Shown here: one piece after another, positions 10,023 through 22,000 of the stretch
Layout of the letters: each line of letters begins with the position of its first letter
How positions within the stretch are numbered: position 1 is the first letter of the stretch
Assembly: GCA_034530875.2 (NCBI GenBank)
Contig: JAVRCJ020000010.1
Coordinates: 96,001-160,000, forward strand
Direction: 5' to 3'
Origin: Nostoc sp. DedSLP01
Lineage (GTDB): Bacteria > Cyanobacteriota > Cyanobacteriia > Cyanobacteriales > Nostocaceae
DNA: 64,000 nucleotides
Program-made: the position numbers and the translations under genes
The notes under the pieces: model-generated
Told to the model about the DNA's origin: nothing
The model's database searches: none
The model's input: only the letters and a program-made list of their open reading frames with translations

Positions 10023-12329
10023 TTAAATTTCAAAAACTTCTGTTTCAGATGCCGCTAATTCTGTAGCTAAATGCTGAGAAAGTGCGGCAATTGTGGGATA
10101 ATGCACTAACATTAAAGGAGAAACTTGGACTCCTAAATATTTTTGTCCGGCGCTGGCAATACCAATTGCTAACATCGAATCCAATCCGTAGCTATCAAAA
10201 GGCGATCGAATATCTATTTCATCGGGTTTGACTCCCAGTTCTTTGGCAATTTGGGAAACTAGCCAGTTTTGAATATCTGTAACTGTTAGCGATTGCGGTT
10301 GCAATTGCTGTATGGATGGGGGTTCTGTTAATTTTGCTAAGAGTTGCGATAATAATTGCCATTCATCAGCAGATAGTTTTTCTGCTGCTGGTAGCTGTTG
10401 GATATTTCCTTGCTTAATTAACTCGATAATAGACAAGTCTGCATTGGACTGTTTTGTAGACTCAACCCAATAGCGTTGCCGTTGCCAAGGATAATTTGGT
10501 AATTGGACGCGATGGCACAAATCATCTGGGTACAATGCCGCCCAGTCTATTGTCACGCCTTTGATGTACGATCGAGCAACCGTTTCTAGAATGAATTGCC
10601 AATCTATTGGTTCTAAGTTGAGATTGGGTAGTTGCAGTTCGTCGGGGAAATTACTAGTCGCTTTACCTTGACTTAATCCTTCTACTTCCTTACCATCCCT
10701 AAAAGCCCCTAGTTTGCCTGCTAGTTCTAAGTTGGAACCGGCAATTACAGCGAGACGGTAGGGAAAATGCGATCGCTTAGTATTAGCTGTAAAACAAATA
10801 TCTGCCAAATTCAACTCCGAATTGGCAATTAAGTACTTCTCATAAGCTGCTGTTAACTGTACCAACGACTCTTGTGTTTTCGCAGATAGTGCTAATACAT
10901 GCAGAGGACGCGATAAGCGTTGTGGATTTTCTGTAGCCGTGTATTCTTCCAAGACTACATGAGCATTTGTCCCACTAAAGCTAAAAGCACTAACTCCAGC
11001 TATGCGTTGTTGACTTCCTTGATGCCAAGGCGTGTTTTGTGTCGGTACTTTAACTGGTAATTTCTCCCACTCAATATAAGAATTAGGCTTATTTAAATGT
11101 AGGTGGGGTGGAATTTCCCCATGCTGCATAGCTAGTACTATTTTCATTAAACTCGCCATACCAGAAGCAGCTTCCAAATGACCGATATTAGTTTTCACCG
11201 AGCCAATCAGTAAGGGATTGTCTTGGGGACGATCTTTGCCATATACTGCTGCCAAAGCTTCCACTTCAATTGGTTGTCCTACGGATGTGCTAGTACCTTG
11301 CACTTCTATGTAATTCATCGCATTTGGTGCAACACCAGCATTTTCCAACGCTTGGCGAATCAATGCTTGCTGAGACGGGCCGTTAGGAGCAATTAAACTG
11401 CTGCTGCGTCCGTTGTGGTTGACTGCGGAACCGCGAATTACAGCCAGAATTTTATCTTTATCGGCGACAGCATCAGACAAGCGTTTGAGGACAATGACGC
11501 CACAGCCCTCACCGCGTACATAGCCATTGGCGTCAGCATCAAAGGTTTTGCAGGAACCATCGGCATCTAACATTCTGGTTCTGGCAAAAGCGACGCTGGT
11601 TTCTGGGGATAGCAGTAAGTGAACGCCGCCTACTAGCGCCAAATGACACTCTTGATTGCGTAAGTGCTGACACGCTAAATGTAATGCCACCAATGAGGAA
11701 GAACAAGCGGTATCAACAGCTAAACTCGGCCCTTTTAATCCTAAAAAATAAGATAAGCGTCCAGCCGCTACACTTAAAGCATTGCCTGTAGCACAAAAAG
11801 CATCTACAGCAGTAGCGCCGCCAGTCTGCCAAATCATATTGTTATAGTCGTTGCTACAGATGCCTAAAAATACACCTGTGAGGCTGTTAAACAACTGTTC
11901 TGGTGGCTGATTGGCATTTTCTAGGGCTTCCCAAGCAACTTCTAATAATAAGCGTTGCTGGGGGTCGAGGCTTTTAGCTTCTGTGGCAGAAATCCCAAAA
12001 AATTGGGGGTCAAAGCTATCGAGTTGATGAGTTAAACAGCCTCCCTTACGGGTGTAAATTTTTCCTGGCGTATCTGGGTTGGGGTCGTAGTAAGCTGCTG
12101 TATCCCAGCGTTCTGGAGGAATATCGGTAATTGCATCAACACCATCACGCAACAACTGCCAAAATGCCTCTGGGTTATCAGCACCACCAGGGAATCGGCA
12201 ACCCATGCCTACAATAGCGATCGGTTCTTTTTTCGCATATTCTACAGCATCAAGCTGGGACTGCATCTTCTCTAGCGCCATCAGCGCCCGTTTGATTGGA
12301 GATAGGGAATTAGCTTGTTCAGAACTCAT
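10023..12329 (-). CDS. Type I PKS, non-elongating KS0-ACP with no AT domain
   Basis: DTACSSS is intact, but EAHGTGT is replaced by EVQGTST. No GQG or GHS AT motifs. ACP GLDSML; C-terminal ETEVFEI docking motif. Confidence 0.92.
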   Translation of the reverse strand: MSSEQANSLSPIKRALMALEKMQSQLDAVEYAKKEPIAIVGMGCRFPGGADNPEAFWQLLRDGVDAITDIPPERWDTAAYYDPNPDTPGKIYTRKGGCLTHQLDSFDPQFFGISATEAKSLDPQQRLLLEVAWEALENANQPPEQLFNSLTGVFLGICSNDYNNMIWQTGGATAVDAFCATGNALSVAAGRLSYFLGLKGPSLAVDTACSSSLVALHLACQHLRNQECHLALVGGVHLLLSPETSVAFARTRMLDADGSCKTFDADANGYVRGEGCGVIVLKRLSDAVADKDKILAVIRGSAVNHNGRSSSLIAPNGPSQQALIRQALENAGVAPNAMNYIEVQGTSTSVGQPIEVEALAAVYGKDRPQDNPLLIGSVKTNIGHLEAASGMASLMKIVLAMQHGEIPPHLHLNKPNSYIEWEKLPVKVPTQNTPWHQGSQQRIAGVSAFSFSGTNAHVVLEEYTATENPQRLSRPLHVLALSAKTQESLVQLTAAYEKYLIANSELNLADICFTANTKRSHFPYRLAVIAGSNLELAGKLGAFRDGKEVEGLSQGKATSNFPDELQLPNLNLEPIDWQFILETVARSYIKGVTIDWAALYPDDLCHRVQLPNYPWQRQRYWVESTKQSNADLSIIELIKQGNIQQLPAAEKLSADEWQLLSQLLAKLTEPPSIQQLQPQSLTVTDIQNWLVSQIAKELGVKPDEIDIRSPFDSYGLDSMLAIGIASAGQKYLGVQVSPLMLVHYPTIAALSQHLATELAASETEVFEI

Positions 12330-12350
12330 GGTTGATGTTTGGGTGTAGTG

Positions 12351-12385
12351 GCAATTTTGGATTTTAGATTTGGGATTTTGGATTG
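12351..12385. repeat. STRR-like heptamer tandem repeat (ATTTTGG variants)
   Basis: attttggattttagatttgggattttggattg between PKS genes. Confidence 0.7.
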
Positions 12386-12420
12386 AAAATGCGGATTTAT
12401 CAGCGATTCCAGAATGGCAG

Positions 12421-15400
12421 TTAATATTTCAAGTTGTCTAATTTGCTCAACAACAATGCTTCAGCTTCGCTGTCTGATAATTCCTCTAGTTCTGACTCAG
12501 CCATCCCCTGTGCTGGTACGGGAGAATTATCTGTTGATGGTTCAGGCGCTTGTGCCCATAATTCCTGAATGAAATAACTTACCAGAGCATCCACAGTGGG
12601 ATAATCAAAAATTAAGGATGCAGGGACAGAACAGCCTAAACTGCTTTGCAGACGGTTTCTTAATTCCACTGCCATCAGCGAGTCCATGCCCAATTCTAGA
12701 AAACCTTGTTTGGGGTCAATTTCCTCTGGCGATGCTAAATTAAGCACTTTGGCAATTTGCGATCGCACATAATTCATTAATAAAATTGGGCGTTGTTTCG
12801 GCTCGGCTGAGTCTAGTTGTTGGCGCAGTTCTGATGCCTGGGGTGTATTTTTTGTGCCTACTTCCTTAGTAAATTCTGCTAAGAATGGTAGTTCGACATC
12901 GCTGGGGAATTGGGCTGTAAATTTAGACCAGTCTACTGGTAACACGCCTACTTGAGGTAGATTTTGCTCGATGGCTTTTGCTAATATCTGCAATCCAGCC
13001 TTTAGAGGAATCGGCTGTACGCCCTGAGTTGCCCAACGAGCTTGTTCGCGGCTGCTTAAAGCAGCTGCCATCCCTGCATCCGCCCAAGGCCCCCAGTTGA
13101 TACTTAACCCTGGCAAACCTAATGCTTGACGATGATGCGCCAGTGCATCCATGAAGGCATTAGCGGCTGCATAGTTACCTTGTCCGGGGGAACCTAATAA
13201 AGCCGAGACTGAGGAGAAACAAACAAAGAAGTCTAAGTCTAGTTCCTGAGTTAAAGTATGCAAATTCCACGCACCTGCAACTTTGGGAGCCATGACTCGT
13301 TCAAAATTTTCCCAAGTCTGTCTGAGTAACATCCCATCAGACAACAAGCCAGCTGCATGGATGATGCCACGCAAAGGCGGCATGGATGCCTTCAATGTGG
13401 CTAACATCTGGCTTACGTCTGCTTGCTGAGACACATCTGCGGTCACAACTAACACCCGCGCTCCAGCTTGCTCTAAGCGCTCAATTGCTGGTTGAATTTG
13501 TGGAGATACCCCGCGCCTTCCCGTTAACACAAGATTTTGTGCGCCTTGTTCAACCAACCATTGAGCAACTTGTAAACCCAATGCTCCCAAACCGCCGGTA
13601 ATTAGGTAAGTGCTATTAGCTTGAATCGTTGTTTTCTCGGACTTCTGAATTGGGGGAATGCTGACAACTACCTTACCAATGTGCTTGGATTGTGCCATGT
13701 AACGGAAAGCGTTGGCGACATCCTGAATCGAGAAAACGCTAGCTGGCAGGGGTTTGAGCGAACCCTGTTGAAATTCTGCCATCAGTTCCCCTAACATTTG
13801 CCCGATTAAACTAGGGTTTTCTAGGGAAATATCCAGCAAATCAAAGGGGATATAAGCTACATCAGGTCTGCTATCTTTAACTTGGTCGGCATCCCAGATA
13901 CCAATTTTACCGATTTCCACAAACCGACCGCGATCGCTTAACACTTGCAAACTCTTGGGAATATACTCCCCATTGAGGCTGTTAAGTACTACATCAACGC
14001 CTTGTCCAGAGGTAATTTCTGGAATTTGCTCGGCAAACTCTAAGCTACGCGAGTTCATCACCTGCTGTACCCCCGTAGCTCGTAGATGCTCCCATTTACT
14101 AGGACTAGCTGTAGCTAGTATTTCTGCTCCTACGCGCTGGGCTAACTGTACGGCAGCTTGTCCTACACCCCCAGCAGCCGCATGAATTAATACTCGCTCT
14201 CCCGATTTAAGCTTGGCTTGCTGGTATAAGCCGTAGTAGGCGGTTAAAAAGGCAGTGGGAATTGTCGCGGCTTCCTCAAAACTCAAGTTTTCCGGCTTGC
14301 GAACTACAAATTCTGACTTGACAATTACAAAGCTTGCAAAACTGCCTATAGTCTGAGCCGCAATCACCGCATCGCCTACTTGGACGTGGGAGACATTCTC
14401 GCCAACTGCCACGACTACACCAGAACATTCCCCACCAAAAGGTAACTGCGCGGCATCTGTAATACCCATTTGCTCAGTATATTCCTTGAGCATCCCCAAA
14501 GCATTCAGAACATCGCGGAAGTTCAAACCCACAGCGCGGACAGCAATTTCTACTTCTCCCGGCCCCGGTTGACGGCGTTGCATCGATGCCAAGGTTAAAT
14601 TCTCAAATACTCCGTACTCAGAAATTTGCAGTTGGAAAGGTTGACTGGCAACTGCTGCCTTGCCATTCGTGTCAGACCGTACTAACCTAGCGACATAACG
14701 CAATCCTTGGCGGTAGGCAATTTGGTCTTCTCGGCTTGGTACTAACAATTCCTGAGCAAGGGAGGGGATGCTATCTTCGGGAGCGTTAGGGTCTATATCC
14801 AAGCGAACGCATTGCAATTCTGGGTGTTCTGCGGCAATTACGCGCCCCAATCCCCACAAGGTTGCTGGTTCGACTTGTAGTGGAGTTGGTTGTTCGCCTA
14901 CAGGTTGCGTACCTTTAGTTACTAAATAGAGGCGGGGCAATGCTGGTAATTTGGCATTGTAAATTGCCTGTAGTAAAAACAACACGCTGCCGCAGCTGGC
15001 GAGTTGCGTATCGGTAGTTGTATCGCTACTCCATAAATGGATGATTCCCTGACATGGGTTGTCTTGGATGAGGCGCTCAAAATCTTGGGGACGAGTCAGG
15101 TTAATTTGATAGCGGTCTGCTTGTAACTGCTCGTAAGCTGCTCCCGCAGAAACCATGATGCAGCGATCGCCTGCTGCTGTCAACAACTGCGCTAGTTTCT
15201 GCCCCAAACCCGCTTGGTCGGCAAATATCAGCCAGTTGCTAGTCTGTTTGTTAGTAGATACTGGCTCCAAGTTTTGTTTCTGCCAAGCGATTTGATACAA
15301 CCAGTTATCTGTAGTTTCTTGTGCTGGTAATACTTTTGCCAAGATACGTTCAAAGGCTTTCTTGCTAATGCGACGAAAAGATAAGCCTGTGATTTTGGCG

Positions 15401-18400
15401 ACTACTTCACCAGCGACATTCACCAGCGACAAATCAGCTTGCAGATTTTGTTGCTTGGTATCTTGAAATTCTATCTTTTCTACCCGGCTCCACAGAGAAT
15501 TACCCGCACGTTGGTAGATTTGTAATTGTTCTACACCCACAGGTAAGTAGACATCTTGCTGTCCGCGTTCGGGGAAGTTTGTACCGAGTATTTGGAAGCA
15601 AGCATCTAATAATACTGGGTGTAGTATATATTTGCTAACATCTTCTGTTAGAGGTGATGGCAGGCGAATTTCCCCTAAAGCTTGGGTTTGACCTTTCCAT
15701 AAGCGGGCGATCGCTTGGAATTTTTCGCCGTAATCAAAACCGCGATCGTGTAAGCTTTGGTAGTATTCTTTAACAGATATCTCAGTAGAATACTCACCCA
15801 GCAACCCAGCCAAATCTACTGGGGTAGAATGAGTTTCTGTATTGTCTAACCCTACCTTACCAGATGCATGGAGTGTCCAGCGATCGCCATTACTCTCATC
15901 CTCTGAGTAGCTCAACACCTGCCAGGAATATAGCGTGCTGTTTTCCGGAGTCAGCACCACCTGTACAGTTTTGGGTTCGTCTCCAGAAAATACCAAAGCT
16001 TGCTGAATAGATACCGCTTCTAACTGCACGCGATCTGTTTTGAAGATAATTGCCCCTGCTGACAAAGCCATTTCCATGTATGCAGTGGCAGGTAAGATAG
16101 CGGCATTATAGATGCAATGGTCTTGGAGAAAACTAGGCGATGCAGCACTAATTTCAGACTCAAAATGAATTGACTGGCTGCTTGCTAGGGGCAAACGTTG
16201 TCCCAATAGAGGATGCAGAATTTTTCTAGCTTTGCCATTTTTGGACATTAGCGCAGGTTGATTTTGCCGCACACCAAAGTTTTCTATCCAAAAACGCTGA
16301 CGTTGAAAAGGATAAGTTGGCAAATGCAAACGCACACGGCAATAATCAGCATCAAAAGCTTGCCAATCCAGAGCCACACCATGACAATGTAACTGCGCCA
16401 AGGACGATAACATCACCTGCCAATCATCTTGTCCTGGTCTTATTGAAGGTAACCACAATCCCTCGGCTTTTGTAACGCACTGGCGACCCATACCCAACAA
16501 TATCGGTTTGGGGCCGATTTCTAGATATGCCGCCACCTTCTGTTGTTCTAATGTCGCCATACTCATGGCGAATTCTACCGGGCTGAGAATGTGACGACAC
16601 CAATATTGAGGTGTGGCGATTTCTTGTGTGGCTAATTCTCCAGTCAGATTGGAAATTAGTTTGAGCTTAGGTTGAGCAAACTTAATAGAGTTGGCAACTT
16701 CTACAAACTCTGCCAACATCGGCTGCATCAAGGGAGAGTGGAAAGCATGGGATACTTGCAGGGGTTTGGTTTTTATCCCCATACTTGCGAGTTCGCTGCA
16801 AATCTCACTAATGGCTGATTTCTCCCCAGAGATTACCAAGCTTGTAGGGCCGTTTACCGCAGCGATGGCAATTTTCTCTGGGTATGCTGCTAGTAGTGGC
16901 TCTACTTGTTCAACTGTTGCCATGACTGCTACCATTGACCCGTTTTCTGGTAGGGCTTGCATCAATCTGCCACGGGCGGCTATTAGTTTTAACCCGTCTT
17001 CGAGACTAAATACTCCAGCAACACAGGCGGCGACGTATTCACCGACGCTATGACCTAGCACTATATCTGGTTTAATTCCCCAGGATTGCCATAGTTGATA
17101 GAGGGCATATTCCAAGGCAAATAAAGCTGCTTGGGTGTAGTTTGTATTATCAATGGGGCTTGTGATGCCTGGTTGGGGATATAAAACTTCTAATAATGGT
17201 TTATCGAGATATGGTTTGAGGATTTGGTCGCATTGGTCGATGGTTTGGCGGAATTTGGCTTGGGTTTGGTACAATTTTTGTCCCATGCCTGCGTACTGCG
17301 ACCCTTGTCCTGTAAATAAAAAGGCAATTTTTTTACTAGATGCCTCTGCCTCACTTAAAATCACTCCCGGAACATCTTCCCCCGACACCCAACTAGTTAG
17401 CTGTGTCAATGCTGACATTGTGGAGTCAGCCAAAATGCTGAGACGATATTTCCAATGCGATCGCCCAGTATTAGCAGTAAAGCAAATATCTGCTAAAGAT
17501 GCTTCGGGATGAGACTGTAAATAATTAATATAACGCTGCGCCAATTCCCGCAAAGCCTTCTCAGACTTCGCTGAGAGTGCAAGCAGGTGATAAGGACGCT
17601 CCCCTGCCCCCTGCTCCCTGCCCCCTGCTCCCTGCCCAAATACAGGCGCTTCTGCCAAAATTACATGAGCATTAGTACCACTCGCACCAAAGGAACTGAC
17701 TCCGGCCAAGCGTTGTTTTGCTCCCACCGGCCAAGGTGTAGCTTGGGTGGTTACCGATACAGGTAATTCTTCCCAGTTAATATGGGCGTTTAGTTGCTTT
17801 AAATGCAAGTGTGGCGGAATTTGCTGATGTTGCAGGGAGAGTATCACCTTAATCATCCCAGCAATACCTGCGGCTGATTCCAAATGCCCGATATTTGTTT
17901 TCACCGCCCCAATTTTCAGAGGATTTTCTGCTGTGCGTCCTGCACCCAAAACAGCAGCTAAAGCTCTGACTTCAATGGGGTCGCCCAGGGAAGTACCGGT
18001 ACCGTGAGCTTCTACATAATCTACCTCTTCCGGTTTGACTTTAGCCCTGGTTAAAGCCTGACGAATCAAGCTTTCCTGGGCGGCACGATTGGGGACTGTA
18101 AACCCACTACTAGCACCGTCTTGATTGACTGCCGAACCACGAATCAAGGCTAAAATGCGATCGCCATCAGCCACCGCATCTGAAAGGCGTTTGAGTACCA
18201 AAACCCCACAACCTTCTCCTCTAGTAATGCCATCAGCTTCATTGTCAAAGGTTTTGCAGCGTCCATCAGCAGACAAGACCTTGGCTTTTGATAAGCCGAC
18301 ATTATTTTCTGGAGTTAATATTAAGTTGACACCAGCAGCTAAAGCGCGATCGCATTCTTGGTTCCGCAAGCTTTGACAAGCTAGATGCACGGCTACCAAG

Positions 18401-19053
18401 GAGGATGAGCAAGCTGTATCCACAGCCATACAAGGGCCGTGCAATCCCAAAGTGTAAGACAGGCGACCCGCTACGGCATTGAGGGGATTACCTGTAAGGT
18501 AATAAGGATCGATTTGGCTCAAGTCTCCACCGGGAGTAATCAATCTGGCGTAGTCGTTGGTTGTAATCCCAATAAATACGCCTGTTTGCCCGTTAACTTT
18601 CTCTTGAGGAAGTATCCCCGCATTTTCTAAAGCTTCCCAAGTCACTTCTAACAATATCCGTTGTTGCGGGTCTAACTTCACAGCTTCCCGTGGAGAAATG
18701 CCGAAAAATTGCGCGTCGAATTGGTCTACCTGCTGCAAAAATCCCCCGTAGCGGGAATACATCTTACCTGGTGTATCTGGATTGGCGTCATAGTAATCTG
18801 CCAAAGACCACCTTTCGGTGGGAATTTCTGTAATTGCGTCTACACCATTGATTAACAATTGCCAATATTCTTCCGGATTGGTGACACCACCGGGAAAGCG
18901 ACAGCTTAAACCTACAATAGCGATCGCTTCTGTTTTAGCACGCTCGACAGCTTCTAATTTTTTGACAGCTTCATCTAAAGCTAACAAAATGCGTTGTGAT
19001 GAATTCAGCTGTTCTAATTTATCTTTATCTATTTTTTTTGGTATATTATTCAT
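12421..19053 (-). CDS. Type I PKS KS-AT-DH-ER-KR-ACP (fully reducing, malonyl-type AT)
   Basis: DTACSSS/HGTGT; GHSVG and HAFH; HPLLG..DHCIYNAAILP and HPVLLD (DH); HAAAGGVG (ER); GGLGALG..YAAAN (KR); GMDSL. Confidence 0.96.
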   Translation of the reverse strand: MNNIPKKIDKDKLEQLNSSQRILLALDEAVKKLEAVERAKTEAIAIVGLSCRFPGGVTNPEEYWQLLINGVDAITEIPTERWSLADYYDANPDTPGKMYSRYGGFLQQVDQFDAQFFGISPREAVKLDPQQRILLEVTWEALENAGILPQEKVNGQTGVFIGITTNDYARLITPGGDLSQIDPYYLTGNPLNAVAGRLSYTLGLHGPCMAVDTACSSSLVAVHLACQSLRNQECDRALAAGVNLILTPENNVGLSKAKVLSADGRCKTFDNEADGITRGEGCGVLVLKRLSDAVADGDRILALIRGSAVNQDGASSGFTVPNRAAQESLIRQALTRAKVKPEEVDYVEAHGTGTSLGDPIEVRALAAVLGAGRTAENPLKIGAVKTNIGHLESAAGIAGMIKVILSLQHQQIPPHLHLKQLNAHINWEELPVSVTTQATPWPVGAKQRLAGVSSFGASGTNAHVILAEAPVFGQGAGGREQGAGERPYHLLALSAKSEKALRELAQRYINYLQSHPEASLADICFTANTGRSHWKYRLSILADSTMSALTQLTSWVSGEDVPGVILSEAEASSKKIAFLFTGQGSQYAGMGQKLYQTQAKFRQTIDQCDQILKPYLDKPLLEVLYPQPGITSPIDNTNYTQAALFALEYALYQLWQSWGIKPDIVLGHSVGEYVAACVAGVFSLEDGLKLIAARGRLMQALPENGSMVAVMATVEQVEPLLAAYPEKIAIAAVNGPTSLVISGEKSAISEICSELASMGIKTKPLQVSHAFHSPLMQPMLAEFVEVANSIKFAQPKLKLISNLTGELATQEIATPQYWCRHILSPVEFAMSMATLEQQKVAAYLEIGPKPILLGMGRQCVTKAEGLWLPSIRPGQDDWQVMLSSLAQLHCHGVALDWQAFDADYCRVRLHLPTYPFQRQRFWIENFGVRQNQPALMSKNGKARKILHPLLGQRLPLASSQSIHFESEISAASPSFLQDHCIYNAAILPATAYMEMALSAGAIIFKTDRVQLEAVSIQQALVFSGDEPKTVQVVLTPENSTLYSWQVLSYSEDESNGDRWTLHASGKVGLDNTETHSTPVDLAGLLGEYSTEISVKEYYQSLHDRGFDYGEKFQAIARLWKGQTQALGEIRLPSPLTEDVSKYILHPVLLDACFQILGTNFPERGQQDVYLPVGVEQLQIYQRAGNSLWSRVEKIEFQDTKQQNLQADLSLVNVAGEVVAKITGLSFRRISKKAFERILAKVLPAQETTDNWLYQIAWQKQNLEPVSTNKQTSNWLIFADQAGLGQKLAQLLTAAGDRCIMVSAGAAYEQLQADRYQINLTRPQDFERLIQDNPCQGIIHLWSSDTTTDTQLASCGSVLFLLQAIYNAKLPALPRLYLVTKGTQPVGEQPTPLQVEPATLWGLGRVIAAEHPELQCVRLDIDPNAPEDSIPSLAQELLVPSREDQIAYRQGLRYVARLVRSDTNGKAAVASQPFQLQISEYGVFENLTLASMQRRQPGPGEVEIAVRAVGLNFRDVLNALGMLKEYTEQMGITDAAQLPFGGECSGVVVAVGENVSHVQVGDAVIAAQTIGSFASFVIVKSEFVVRKPENLSFEEAATIPTAFLTAYYGLYQQAKLKSGERVLIHAAAGGVGQAAVQLAQRVGAEILATASPSKWEHLRATGVQQVMNSRSLEFAEQIPEITSGQGVDVVLNSLNGEYIPKSLQVLSDRGRFVEIGKIGIWDADQVKDSRPDVAYIPFDLLDISLENPSLIGQMLGELMAEFQQGSLKPLPASVFSIQDVANAFRYMAQSKHIGKVVVSIPPIQKSEKTTIQANSTYLITGGLGALGLQVAQWLVEQGAQNLVLTGRRGVSPQIQPAIERLEQAGARVLVVTADVSQQADVSQMLATLKASMPPLRGIIHAAGLLSDGMLLRQTWENFERVMAPKVAGAWNLHTLTQELDLDFFVCFSSVSALLGSPGQGNYAAANAFMDALAHHRQALGLPGLSINWGPWADAGMAAALSSREQARWATQGVQPIPLKAGLQILAKAIEQNLPQVGVLPVDWSKFTAQFPSDVELPFLAEFTKEVGTKNTPQASELRQQLDSAEPKQRPILLMNYVRSQIAKVLNLASPEEIDPKQGFLELGMDSLMAVELRNRLQSSLGCSVPASLIFDYPTVDALVSYFIQELWAQAPEPSTDNSPVPAQGMAESELEELSDSEAEALLLSKLDNLKY
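16290..17329. repeat. ~1.04 kb near-identical AT-domain duplicate (copy 1)
   Basis: Matches 21159-22198 at offset 4869; long identical protein stretches such as KIAFLFTGQGSQYAGMGQKLYQTQAKFRQTIDQ. Confidence 0.9.
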
Positions 19054-19070
19054 GCTAAATATAGTGCCTT

Positions 19071-22000
19071 TTATCCAATTAAGCTTTCTAGTTGTGCCAA
19101 TCTTTCAGCAATTGAGGCTTCTAGTTCGTCGTCAGATAGGTGTGTAATTTCTAATACATCCGTAGTTGGCTCGGTTTCTACTTCCTGTTGCTCGTCTTGC
19201 CAATGTAGAACTTCCTTACCCAAATATGTAGCTAAGTCTTGAATGTTGGGCGCTTCAAACAGCAGAGTTCCAGGCAAAGAACAGTTGAGAGCAGTTTCCA
19301 GACGGGTTTTTAAATCAACAGCCATCAAAGAATCTATACCCATCTCAAAGAAACCCCGATGTGTTTCTGGTAGTTCGGACATTCCTAACACTTGAGAGAT
19401 TTGGGTTTGCAAGTATGCAATTAAGATAATTTGACGTTCGTTTACCGTTGCTGTTGCTAATTTTTGTAATATTTCTGACTTCTTTTCTACAGCTTTTCCT
19501 GTATTTTCCTGTACCTGCCTACCTAACTTCTCTAACAGCAGGCGTTGCCCTCTAGCTTCATAAATCCCTTTAAACACAGTCCAATCAATATTAGCGATGG
19601 TGACTTGGGATGCATCTGCTTTCAAAGCCACTCCCAAAGCGTTTAATGCTAGCTGTGGTTGCAAAGCCTGGACTCCCATCCTGGCTAAAAACTGCTCGGC
19701 TTCTCCTACAGCCATGCCTACTTCTGCCCAAGGCCCCCAATTGACGCTCAATGCAGGTAATCCTTTGCTGCGTCGGTAATTTGCTAAGGTATCGAGGAAA
19801 TGGTTGGCGGCTGCGTAATGGGCTTGTCCTTTAGATCCCCACACAGAGGCGATGGAAGAAAAACTAACAAACAAGTCTAATTCCAGATTTTCGGTGAGTT
19901 GGTGCAGAATCCATCCGCCCAGGACTTTCGGACGCAGAATAGATTCCCAAGTAGTCAAATCCATCCCGGTGATGGTATCATAACCGACTACACCTGCTGC
20001 ATGAATTACACCTTTCAGGGGCGGCATTGATTCTGCTACCGTTTCTAGCACGCGCAACATATCTGTTTTATTAGATACATCTGCTTGTGCTATCAAAATC
20101 TTAATTCCAGCCGCCTGCATCTTGCTAATAGTCGCCTGTGCCTCTGATGATGCACCTCTGCGTCCCAGTAACACTAAGGATTTGACGCCTTGGTTAACAA
20201 GCCACTCAGCTAATTTGAGTCCTAAAGCACCCAGCCCACCAGTAATTAAATAAGTACCGTCGTAGTTGAAATTTGTTTGTGATGATGCTGTTGGCTGCAT
20301 CGGTACTAACCGCGCCACATAACGCTGTCCTGAACGAAAAGCTAAATGGTCTTCTTTTTGAGCGTCGTTAATTTCTGCCAACAGCGTTAAAGCTTCATTA
20401 GCTGTAGGTTGTGGGTCTAAATCTATCATTCCTCCCCATAACTCTGGGTGTTCCAGTGCTACTACCTTACCTACCCCCCACACAGGTGATTGCTGTACGG
20501 CTGGTAGTGAGGAATTGACAGACATTGCTCCCCGCGTCACTAACCATAAGGTCGGAGTTACAGGTTGTTGATATTCTGCGATCGCCCCAATCAGATGTAA
20601 TACACTGATACACTCCCCAGACAAAGAGAAATCTGTCGTCTGAGTTGTTTCTAAATTCCACAGATGTATTACTCCCCGCCAAGGCAATTCACCAGATGGC
20701 AAGGCTTCTTGCAATAACCTCGAAAAATCTTCCCGGTGGGCTGGATTTACCGACCAAGTGGTTGTTTCTTGCTGCTGATAGACATCACCAGGATAGACGA
20801 GAATACAGCGATGACCTTGATTTTCGAGTAATTGGGCGATCGCTTGTCCTAAACCACCGCGATCGCCTAATATTAACCAACTACCAAGTTGTTGAGGCAC
20901 TTGTGCCTCCGACTGGCGGCGGGATTGGGGTTGCCATGCAATCTGATAAAACCAATCGGGAATTGTTGGGGAAGCGATTTCTAAATGGTGCTGCTTCACC
21001 AACACCTCCAGCAGTTTTGGTAAATATATCTGCTCGTCTGCCGACAGTTGACTAGCTAACTGCTGAGTTAATTGTTCTACATTTCCCTGATGTAGCAGTT
21101 TCACTATTGAGCTTTGAACTAAGTCATCAGTTTTTTGCTCACTTTTACTCTCTACCCAAAAACGCTGACGTTGAAAAGGATAAGTTGGCAAATGCAAACG
21201 CATACGCTCATAAACAGCGTCAAAGCCTTGCCAATCAACAGCCACACCATGACAATGTAACTGCGCCAACGACGATAACATCACCTGCCAATCATCTTGT
21301 CCTGGTCTGAGTGAAGGTAACCACAATCCCTCGGCTTTTGTAACGCACTCACGACCCATACCCAACAATATTGGTTTAGGGCCAATTTCAACATACGCCG
21401 CTACCTTCTGTTGTTCTAATGTCGCTATACTCGCAGCAAATTCTACTGGACTGAGAATGTGACGACACCAATATTCAGGTGTGGCGATTTCTTGTGTGGC
21501 TAATTCTCCAGTCAGATTAGAAATTAGCTTGAGCTTAGGAGCAGCGAATTTAATAGAGTTGGCAACTTGCATAAAGTCTGCCAACATCGGCTGCATCAAG
21601 GGAGAATGGAAAGCATGAGATACTTGCAGTGGTTTGGTTTTTATCCCCATACTTGCCAGTTGGCTGCAAATTTCACTAATGGCTGATTTCTCCCCAGAGA
21701 TTACCAAGCTTCTAGCGCCGTTAACTGCGGCGATGGCTATTTTCTCTGAGTATGCTGCTAGCAGTGGCTGTAGTTGTTCAACTGTTGCCATGACTGCTAC
21801 CATTGACCCATTTTCTGGTAGCGCTTGCATCAATCTGCCACGGGCAGCTATTAGTTTTAACCCGTCTTCGAGGCTAAATACTCCCGCGACGCAGGCGGCG
21901 ACGTATTCACCGACGCTATGACCCAGGACTATATCTGGTTTGATTCCCCAGGATTGCCATAGTTGATAGAGGGCATATTCAAGGGCAAATAGGGCTGCTT

